DNA of 59,719 nucleotides, filler included, from Squatina squatina (lineage: Eukaryota): assembly GCA_031763465.1 (NCBI GenBank). It is 4 parts of 4 records of this genome, joined end to end, with 100 filler letters (N's around TTAATTAATTAA, not from the genome) between each part and the next. Parts side by side here need not be neighbours in the genome. Positions count along the whole stretch, not along the records: positions 45,470 to 59,719 come from JARFOE010000121.1; 3 more parts are not named here. The stretch is one strand, 5' to 3'. This document shows, piece after piece, positions 50,081 to 59,719 of this stretch; position 1 is the stretch's first letter, and each line of letters opens with the position of its first letter. The position numbers and the translations under genes were made by a program. A model generated the notes under the pieces. The model saw nothing but the letters and a program-made list of their open reading frames with translations. It did no database searches and was not told the origin of the DNA.

Positions 50081-53000
50081 TCTTTATAGATTTTTCTCAT
50101 CGAGTTAACCGTGGGGAGGTGTCAAGCAGTCCAAGGAAACTCAATTCGCTCCTAACTGATCCCAGTAACTATTTGGACTATTTTGTCACAGGGAGCATCT
50201 GAGCAGCAAACATAGGGAATACAGAACAGGCCAGATTACTAGCTAAAGATCACAATCATGCTCCAGACTACCTGTGAGTTAGTATGTAGATAAAAACCTG
50301 AAGTTGCCACACAATGCATTAACCTCTCTTTCTGGCTGACCTGCTATGCATTTGCAGCATTCTGTGTTTTTAATTTTCGTAATCGTGGATTAGGCATTAC
50401 ACAGTGCATGAGTCAACTGCAGCATTTAAAATTCCTGTTTTCCCTCAACTTATGATTTTGAACAATAATTTAAAGGGCAAAAATCATAGCATACTCAGCA
50501 AGAGACGTGAAACACACCAGAGAGAATCCGTGACCTCCAGGGTACTATGGTAGCCCACAAAAATAAAAAGCTTGACGAGCTTGCGCTCCTATATTTACTC
50601 TTCAACTGTATGTGATTGCTCGTGCTAGTTGAAAATAAGGATGGCAAACTTTACATGGCAAGTGGTTAAAAGACAAGGAAAGTGTGGGGGCTTGGTGGGG
50701 TGGGGTACTTTTTGTTCAAAGCATTCACTCTTAATATTAGGGACATTCTCTTAGCAGATGGTAAAAAAGACAAAATTAAAGCCTCTTTATCTGAATGCAC
50801 ACAGCATTTGTAACATAGATGAAATGACCGCACAAATATGAATAAATAGGTATAATCTGAGTCATCACAGAGACGTAGATGCAAGGTGNNNNNNNNNNNN
50901 NNNNNNNNNNNNNNNNNNNNNNNNNNNNNNNNNNNNNNNNNNNNNNNNNNNNNNNNNNNNNNNNNNNNNNNNNNNNNNNNNNNNNNNNCATCAAAACAGA
51001 TTTGTTTCAAAAAGTAATAAAAAGGACTTGGTAAAAAGCAAGAATATGAAGCTTTTTGGTAAAAGCAGAAATCTAGTTCCTACGACATATAATACACTTA
51101 CATCCACACAATTATACTGAACTATAAATCAATGGTGTTAGTAAGAAAACAGAGGAACATCACTCAACCAAGAACTTGCTGTGGGCCGGACTGACATGCC
51201 ACATCTGTCACAGAATTAAACAGCAAGTATATTTCTGGGTGTTTGATGGAGGCACAGTGAAGGAACCAAATGGCCTGTTTTTGGGGTGGTTTGGGCTGGG
51301 GTGGAGATAGGTGAAGGTTTGGCTTGTTGCATTATTTTTAAATACTGCTGTACAAGTGTTGAGCAACTGTCAATGATATGTTTTTCAGCTTCTGAGTATG
51401 CATACCTGCAACTGCGCCATTAAAAAAAAGGCTTGCGGCGTTCATGCGAGAATGGCTCCAGTATATTGCAGATCAGAACTTTGGCTCTCAGCCAAAAGTT
51501 AAGGATCCTTGCAGTAACTAGTGAACTGTGCAGCCGATTTTCCATTAACCAAATAACCTGCGTTTTAATCTCAAGAATCATTTTAGTTTGAGAATCCATT
51601 TCAAGTGGTTCATTTTAAATTACTGTTCCCAAAAAAGGAGCATCAGAGAGCCAAGGATAAGTAAAGCATCGCGCTCATGTTCAGCCTTGAAAAAAAGAGC
51701 ACAAAGCCAGCTACTATAAACCACTGAATAGTTATGTTAACACTTTAAAAAAAAAAATTCTTTAAATATGAAAAGGCGAAGGTAGGAAGCATATCTTGCA
51801 CAATACTCAAGGGCAGAGTAAACCCCACACACACACAGCAGTGAGGCAACAGTATAACTCCAAGCAGCCCAGTTCAAAAAAANNNNNNNNNNNNNNNNNN
51901 NNNNNNNNNNNNNNNNNNNNNNNNNNNNNNNNNNNNNNNNNNNNNNNNNNNNNNNNNNNNNNNNNNNNNNNNNNNNNNNNNNGAGACTAGGCAAAGGAAG
52001 AATGACAAAACATGGAAATTGTTTATGACTTTTTACAGCTTAGAAATTCAATGTCACCCACACAGCCAGCTCACCACACTCTAGACCCATTTAAAGGTTA
52101 TTGATTCTATACACATACATGTATTTTCCTTCTAAAAGAGTAAACACCAGGTGTTGAGTAAGAGGTTATATCCATCCATCTGCATTACACTTCACCTGAA
52201 CTACAAGGAGAACTCACCACACTGACATTCATTAATCCAGACATGACATCTCTCCACCACCCCCACCCTCCCAAAAAAAGACACAACCACTTGTATTATT
52301 TTTGTCAATTATATCAAAAGCTGGCAGTGGTTTATGGACTATTTATACAGCAGATATCCTTCATACCATTGACGAACAATGCTCGGATTGCTTGCCTTCG
52401 CTATTAATGTGCATTATTTCAGACATCAACTTCATATACAATCTCATTTCTGTTGGTCCCAGGCACATTGAAGAAACTGGACGTCAGTTCTTTGAGATGC
52501 TGCTGAATGTAGCAAATTGGTTTTCTTAGTATTGCACTTGCATTAATATTCCTGTAATACCCTGCAGCTCCTCGTGTAAACCCACTCCGTTTACATCAAT
52601 ATTGGATAGCTGTGGAAGATCCATACAATGCCAGCAACTCGGAAATCATTTCACCTGAGCCCNNNNNNNNNNNNNNNNNNNNNNNNNNNNNNNNNNNNNN
52701 NNNNNNNNNNNNNNNNNNNNNNNNNNNNNNNNNNNNNNNNNNNNNNNNNNNNNNNNNNNNNNTGCACTTGCATTTAGTGATTTGTTCTTCCACAGATCCT
52801 GGTCTTGCTCCACTAATGCAATATTCCAATCCATCTCATGCGGATTCACTGTTTTGCCCACTCACTCACTCTGCAAGTCCCTTTAGATGTCCTGCTCCCA
52901 ATGAGACATTAAAGTGGCTACAAATTGCAAAAGCGGTTTCAATGGAGTCCAAGGGATGTTTTTATTTCAAATGGTCTCAAGCACTAATGAACATTAGGAC

Positions 53001-53579
53001 ATCCTAAAATAATTTTTTGATTTTGAGCATCCTGTTGCAAGAGGACTCATCAGATTTTTATTTTAAAATCAGTTGATTTACATTTTCTGAACAGCATTTA
53101 CAGGAGGGTTTGTTCACATCATAACTGTACATATTCATTCTATATGCTGGAGTCTGCCACAGAAGGGCATCGTCTCAGACTGGTGGACAAGAGCCATCCT
53201 GTTTTTTTCCCCGGAGGCAGTTGAGATGGATCAGTTTTCTGCCCATTTTCCATCTGGCATCAGCCTGCAACTCCCTGCGAAAACTTAAGTTTATTTGTTT
53301 TCTTGTTTGCACCGGTAATGATGGCTTCAAGAAACAATGAGGTGTCTTTAAGTCCGTCAAATAATTAAACCAAGAATGATGTGTTTTAAAAAGACGGGAA
53401 ACAATACTTTTTGTTGGAAAAGGGGAAGAGAGTCAGCCCTGGGGGGAGTTACTGAACCAGTGTCTTGAGAAGGGGGCGTTGGGTAATTTTATTCACAATT
53501 AAGGACCAGATTGATGAAGCACCATCTCACAGGTTAACTCAGCTCATGATCAAGCCCAGTAGCTCCAAGCCAATTTCCA

Positions 53580-53727
53580 TGATGAAATCATCAACGCCTA
53601 CTGCTTGAACAAAAATATTCAGTGTCATCAGCTGCTTCAATGGATAAAATAGCTCCCTCGCCAAGAATGAAGCAGCTGATGACACTGCATATTTTTGTTT
53701 AAACAGTAGGCGTTGATGATTTCATCA
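53580..53727. repeat. 60-bp inverted repeat (3 mismatches) with 28-nt loop
   Basis: 53580-53639 versus 53668-53727; extends imperfectly about 13 bp outward. Confidence 0.95.
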
Positions 53728-55299
53728 AGGCAAATGGCTTTGAGGAGTTACTGCGACATTGACACAACAGCAGCAAGAAATGGATCAGTCATCAAGGTGG
53801 ATGTTATCTCTCTGGAGTCAGAGTCCATCTCCTCACTGAAAAATGCACCCCCAGCAAGGATAAATAATTGATGGGAATACATACTTACAAACACAAAACT
53901 CAATTGATCTACAAGTTTAAAATAAGGGTGAAAACAAAGAAAAACCAGCACCTATTCAAGAACAGAAAAAGGCATGCGAGTCAGTTCCAAGTTACTTTTC
54001 TTTGACNNNNNNNNNNNNNNNNNNNNNNNNNNNNNNNNNNNNNNNNNNNNNNNNNNNNNNNNNNNNNNNNNNNNNNNNNNNNNNNNNNNNNNNNNNNNNN
54101 NNNNNNAGGCAACAGCGGCCAGAGGGTGGATATGGAGTCAGTAAACCCACCATTCCCATAGGTATTAAGTTGAACCAATAGCAACAGGAGTTGCTATCAG
54201 AGCAATCGAAAAGTTATTGATGACGACAATAGTGCATAACTGCAATAGCAGAAGTCAAATATTTTTTTAAGCTACGTTAGAAATTAGAGCACCATTAAGG
54301 ACTGCAAAGGGGTGTTGAAGAGTTCCACAGGGAATATTCATCTGGAATTCCAGGATACGGCAGAGCTTTAAAATAGTTACATTCCAACAATCTTCGCTCC
54401 AACAGACGATGCTCAGTTACCAACAACAGTTGACTCCAAAGTGGGCTCACATATAGTCCTGAATAGAATAAAAGATCTCAGAACAGATCAGGCTGCTGGT
54501 CCGATGGCATTCATCCAAGGTGGCTCAAGGAAATGTGAACCGTGGGACAGGCTCAATGGACCAGCTGGTTGTCTCCTGTCGGTCATCCTCATATTTGTAT
54601 TTATGAAACGCATATTACACTACTTGGTTAGTTTATTCAGTGACAACCGAGTATCTTCACCCAACTCCTTCCAATGTAGAAATAGAAAGTTATTTATTTT
54701 AGCTCCTCCGAGCAGAAAGTGATTTTCAGATTAAATTGCAGGAAACTGAAGTGAGGCTTTCCATGCCTTTTCGTTGATCAAATTCAGGGAATGAAAAATA
54801 TTCACCATTCTTCACTGGTCAAGAACCAATTTTAAAAAGTTTGAAATGCCATTTTAACAAGGTTTCCCGTGGACACATTGCTACTGCCCAGAATATTAAT
54901 GTGAACACTGCAGGTTTATAAGCTTACACAGGCAGCATTCAAATGGGGGAAAAAATCTCATTGTATGCAACCACTCCACAATCTCTTCAGCCTGCAGTTT
55001 TCATGCAATAAGAAAAAACTCAAATTGTGCAACCCCTCCCTGCTCATTTAATGCAATGGCAACCCTTGCACAGTTATTCCCATTAGAGGATTATCCAAGT
55101 TCGGCTCAGACAGAACAAAGATTACAAGTGTCATGTCAGATACGTATTTATTCCAATCTACAAAAATGGCACTCTTAAAATAAAGGACATGCAGGAATCC
55201 TCATTGAAAACAGAAAATTCTGGAAATGCAGAACAAGCCATGAAACCTCTGAAAGACAAAAAGAGGTTAATATTTCAAGTGTGACCCTTGGTCACAGGC

Positions 55300-55685
55300 A
55301 GGTTGGAGAAGGCAGTTTATGATGGGGAGATTTAATAGAGGCGTTCCAAATTATGAAGGGCTTTGATAAGAGCAGATGGAAACTGGCAGGAGGGTCGGTG
55401 ACCAGAGGATACAGATTTAAAATTACTCGCAAAAAAAAAGCAAGGAGGAGGTATGGAGAATTATTTTTTTTACGCTGCAAGCTATGATGATTTCGAATGC
55501 ACCTCGATGGAAACAGATTCAACAGTATGTTTCAAAAGGCAATTGGATTTATACTTGGAAAGGAAAAATTTGCAGGACTGTGGGGACAGATCTGGGGAGT
55601 GGGACATATTGGAGAGCTCTTGGAAAGAGCCAGCACAGGCAGGATGGGTTGAATGGCCTCCTTCTGTGTTGAATGATTCTAAGTG
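55300..55685 (+). mobile_element. CR1 LINE 3' end
   Basis: GGGAGATTTAATAGAGG..TTC.AAATTATGAAGGG.TTTGAT (GDLIE.F.IMKGFD) through the tail GAATGGCCTCCTTCTGTG. Confidence 0.8.
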
Positions 55686-55699
55686 AGGAAGTTGGGCAA

Positions 55700-55940
55700 G
55701 CACCCCGTGGGATGCTTCCAACATCCTCACCATCTATCACACTGTGCGGTCTCCCTCTGGTCATTGCATTGGTTTCTGCTGCTGCATGACTGGTAGCCCC
55801 TTCCAGTTTTTGAGATCTTCTTCCTGTTGTGCGCCAGATCATCCTGCATGAAGTGTGGGAGAGTTTTAGTGTGTGGCCTGTCGAAGGGATTCGAAGGTTT
55901 CTGCGCAGCTTAACATAGTGCGCATGGTGAGGGCAGTAAC
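55700..55940 (-). mobile_element. Possible decayed PIF/Harbinger Myb/SANT-like ORF fragment
   Basis: The minus strand reads CAG|DDLAHNRKKISKTGRG, resembling the K.AHNRRE..KTGGG motif of Harbinger-associated SANT proteins; the match is short. Confidence 0.3.
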
Positions 55941-56297
55941 AGGTGTATGGATCAGAGGGCTATAGCAGGTATAGAGTGCGTGCATGCAAGTAGGAGGAGG
56001 TACCTTGTTGCTGCGGTTGGAGGAAAGAGATGAGAAGCAGGGGAGGCAAGTGTTCATGTTGGGACTACAATGGGGAGATGCAGGGCTGTGTATGTTGTAA
56101 GAAGGCTGCGAATGGGAATCTTACCTTAACAGCTCTGGTCGAGTCATTGAATTTCTTTCTACATCGCAGCCAGCGCTATGGTATCAGATTCCTGGCAGTC
56201 ATGTGCTCAGCTACCTCTGCCCACTTTTGCCAGGCTATCTTGCAGGGCACTCTGCTCCTGTTTATGAGGAACAATGCCTTCTTCCTACAGGGAACTC

Positions 56298-56748
56298 GGT
56301 AGCATAGTGGTTAAGTTGCAGGACTAGTCATCCAGAGGCTTGGACTATTGATCTTGAGTTCAAATCCCGCTGTGGAATTTAAATTCAGTTAATTATAAAT
56401 AAATAATCAGGAATTTTTTTAAAAAGCTCATGTCAGTAATGGTGACCATGAAACAATCAGATTGTCATAAAAACCTGTCTGGTTCACTAATGTCCTTTAG
56501 GGAAAGGAATCTGCAATCCTTACCTGGTCTGGTCTATATGTGATTCCAGTCCCAGAGTAATGTGGTTGACTCTTATCTGCCCTCTGAAATGGCCTAGCAA
56601 GACATTCAGTTGTAAACAACCGCTACAAAAAGTACTGCAGCGGTTCAAGAAGGCAGATCATCGCCACCTTCTCAAGGCAACTAGGGATGGGCAATAAATG
56701 CTGGCCTTGCCAGCGACGCCCACATCCCAGGAACGAATTACAAAAAAA
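56298..56748 (+). mobile_element. Full-length tRNA-headed SINE (head+tail derivative of the LINE at 44768)
   Basis: A box TAGCATAGTGG (56300-56310), B box GTTCAAATCC (56358-56367), body colinear with 44770-45099, LINE tail GGGATGGGCAATAAATGCTGGCCTTGCCAGCGACGCCCACATCCC and an A-rich end. Confidence 0.85.
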
Positions 56749-58059
56749 ACATGATTTTCAAAATCCCTGTCCTCATTTATAAATGCCTCCATCNNNNNNN
56801 NNNNNNNNNNNNNNNNNNNNNNNNNNNNNNNNNNNNNNNNNNNNNNNNNNNNNNNNNNNNNNNNNNNNNNNNNNNNNNNNNNNNNNNNNNNNNGATCAGC
56901 CATGATCTTATTGAATGGCGGAGCAGGCTTGAGGGGCCGAATGGCCTATTCCTCCTATTTCTTATGTTCTTCTGCAAGCAGCCGAGTGCTATGCACACAT
57001 GTATTGCAAGTGTATTTTAAACACTCAGGGCTCATCATGTGACAAAGTGATGCAGCACCTCAAGAAAATAAAACTCAAACACAGGTTCATTTTAAGAGAG
57101 CTGATCAATCAAACGCAAAGGCACTGGGACAGAGTGTCGGAATGAGAAACAGCCATAGTTATAACTTTGTATTCTGGTTTTAACAAGTTGTGGTGCTCCT
57201 CAGGTGTGTAAATGCACTGAAGACAGCACGGTTCCAGATCCAATACTGGGGGGTGGGGCGCAGAATCTCTATACTAGGGAGGGGGACATGCTTCCTATTC
57301 CAGAAGAGCAGTTCGTGGAGAAATTTTGAAGGAGTAAAAGAACAAAAAAAGTGCATAATCTATCAAACTTGCTCCAAAGCAGCTGCTTTGAATAGGCTAT
57401 TTGAAGTGGGAAGAGGTGATGAAAGGTTGCCAAGATGGCCCAATCAAATTTCAGAAGATTAGCAACTGACGTGGGCTGCACTGCGCTACAAAGATACATA
57501 TACCAGCCCCACAGAGGGACCACTGAACAGAGCAACAATTCAACTGCAATTTTGCTTCCTTTTCCATCCAACCCTTTTAATTCCATTCAGGCAATGCAGC
57601 ACTCCAGGCCACTGCCTTCTGCCACTAGGTGGTGAGCAAGCACAGCTTGTTCATTACTGCTGCATTTTATTTGATATAATTCATAGTCATTTGACTGGAC
57701 ATTACAAACCCACTTTGTGACCTCCAGAATTCAGAACAAGGCATATTTCACACCTATAATGAACATATTTCAACAAAACACTGCACAGATATTTCTTGGG
57801 TCCTGCAACTTCACTTTCCAAACATCTGTTTTGACCCAATAATCCACTGGTGTTGTGCCAGTCCTAACCCAAACACCACAATGTATATATTAAAATACAC
57901 ATGCACAGGAAAGCATCAACACCTCCCACTCACAAAGACCTCCTTCCAACATTGGCATTCAGCTTAGGAGATTTTACACTCACGATTCCTTCCAAAAAAG
58001 TGAAAAAATCAGGATTGTAAAGGCATGTAAAAAAATCCTTTTACATTACATATTTGAGC

Positions 58060-58225
58060 ACATAAGAACATAACAGTAGTAAGAGTAGGCCATACAGCCC
58101 CTCAAGCCTGCTCTGTCATTCAATAAAATCATGTTCACCTCTCATTTTGCTGAAATCCACAAAATATAGGCACAAGCTACTCAATCTCTCTTCATAGGTC
58201 AACCCTCTCATCCCAGGAATCAACC
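58060..58225 (-). mobile_element. CR1 3' fragments
   Basis: ACATAAGAACATAA...GTAGGCCATACAGCCCCTCAAGCCTGCTC tail; the minus frame reads RLIPGMRGLTYEERLSSLCLY. Confidence 0.75.
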
Positions 58226-58845
58226 TATTGGATGTCCATGGGTAAGGAGCTGGTGGCGGGCAGGGTGGGTGGAGGAGGCTAGAAGAGATTCCTGATCCTT
58301 CACCTCCATTCCAGATACCAACTTCTTTGGGAACGGTCCAATGTTCACGTTCCAGTACATCATCCAAGTGATTATTCAGGGAGAGGGGAACAGCTGAGCT
58401 TGATCTGATCTTCACCCAATATATACATTCATACACACTTTCCACTGGGACCACAACTGATTATTCCCTCCCTAGCCTGGGGATGCGGAGAACACCTGTC
58501 GTGCCCACTCCAGATACATAACAAAAGGAACATCTGCAGTTTGGGAGTGTAATATCCATGCTCCCTGTCACAACACTTACTTACGATTACATTGCTTCCA
58601 AATTCAGAGCAGAATTCCTCAAGTAGCCCATAAAAACATTTTGGCACCACTTCTACTCTATCTCATCTCATCATTTTGTACAAGCAATTGCTCCCATCAA
58701 AACATGAGGCAGGAAAAGCAATATTATTTTCCTAATTTCTACCCAATGCATTAAACACTCAAATAATTTCAGCATTACATTTCTGGGTGCCTTTTGAGTT
58801 CCACAAAATGTTTCTTATTTCTCAATTGACAGTTATACAGTTTAC

Positions 58846-58952
58846 CTTTCACTAGCCCGGAGTTTTTCTGGACCTTGGGTGTAAACTGCAATCGACCAGT
58901 CAACACAGCGAGCAAATCCTTCACGAAGCAGTAGCTCGGTGATATTACCATT
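58846..58952 (-). CDS. SND1: SND1 (Tudor-SN) internal exon, SN2 domain
   Basis: 107 nt, CCACAG acceptor and GTAAA donor; [35 protein letters not shown](R) is nearly identical to recalled SND1. Confidence 0.95.
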
Positions 58953-59639
58953 CTGTGGATGAAATGAGAGGAATCCAACGTGTTTTTTTAAAAATGCAAA
59001 TAAAACCAAAACAATTCTTCTGTATGTCATAGCACAGAAAAGCAGGCAGTGCCTTCTCTTGCCTGTGCTTGTCGCAGACTCCCGAACGTTACCTTTTAAC
59101 AGCAAAGCCCAAAACAGTCATACTCCGAGCACAAACCAGCAGAAGTCGGAGGCATGCTCCCGTTTACATTTTCTTCACCGGTTAATGAGGGCTAGTGCCA
59201 TAAAGCTGCGCAAGTCTCCCATTGTTTCTCTCCTCCCTCACCCCCCCGCTCCTCACCCTCTTATCCAAAAAGACCTCTTCACCCTATTTTCTTCTGCACC
59301 ACCAGCACTTTGAAGCTGAATATTTTCTTACTGCAGCCAGCAGCTTTCCCCAGCAGATGGCAAAATTGAGTAGCTTCTGCTGGTTTCAATCTTGCTTCTC
59401 AGTGAGACAGCTTCTCGGTCAATCCAACATAGCACATCCACATATCAACATGGTGCACCAAAGGGTGAAAGAACAGGTCCGATCCCATGATTCTTCATGC
59501 AGGAGGGTCCCAATCTTGGGAGATCGGCGAGAGTACCCACCAAGCATGGGTTAAATTCTTCAAAAGATGGAGGAGGAACTGAGAAAGGTACAAAGGACAA
59601 ATCACCCCAGTCGTCACCTGTCAAATAGATGTTGGCAGA

Positions 59640-59719
59640 AACAGAAAATAGGTGCAGGAGTAGGCCATTAGGCCCTTCGAGCCTGCACCGCTATTCAATA
59701 TGATCATGGCTGATCATCC
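59640..59719 (-). mobile_element. Young CR1 3' tail (truncated by window end)
   Basis: AATAGGTGCAGGAGTAGGCCATTAGGCCCTTCGAGCCTGCACCGCTATTCAATATGATCATGGCTGATC; reverse complement of the tail type at 56894-56970. Confidence 0.8.

Noticed and set aside
52302-52565. Short ORFs on both strands with possible splice sites
   Set aside because: No recognisable protein similarity in the frames examined.

Overview
Eukaryotic, vertebrate DNA, almost certainly a cartilaginous fish (shark). The repeat content points that way: SacSINE1-like Deu-domain SINEs, CR1, L2 and RTE LINE fragments, and Penelope-type 3' ends. The window is a heavily gapped scaffold of short contigs joined mostly by fixed 100-N spacers. 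Three spacers contain a synthetic TTAATTAATTAA linker, so distances and adjacency across gaps are unreliable. Most ORFs in the supplied track are spurious (N-runs or decayed repeats). Recognisable coding exons, all on the minus strand and with canonical splice sites where visible: three 3' exons plus 3'UTR of JARID2, one SNX6-like exon, the first two coding exons of SINHCAF/FAM60A, part of a DENND5B exon and one SND1 exon. Main leads: (1) an unidentified terminal exon encoding a tandem W-D-x-E-Y-[VI] repeat tail with signs of coding constraint; (2) a LINE-like element that starts with a tRNA-derived Pol III head placed almost directly before an APE endonuclease frame, together with its head+tail deletion-derivative SINE; (3) a degenerate minimal hammerhead ribozyme in a Penelope-type repeat; (4) three near-perfect inverted repeats, one in the putative JARID2 3'UTR; (5) two candidate microexons. 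Gene and repeat-family names come from recalled sequences, not from a database search. No prokaryotic-type system (CRISPR, operon) is supported.
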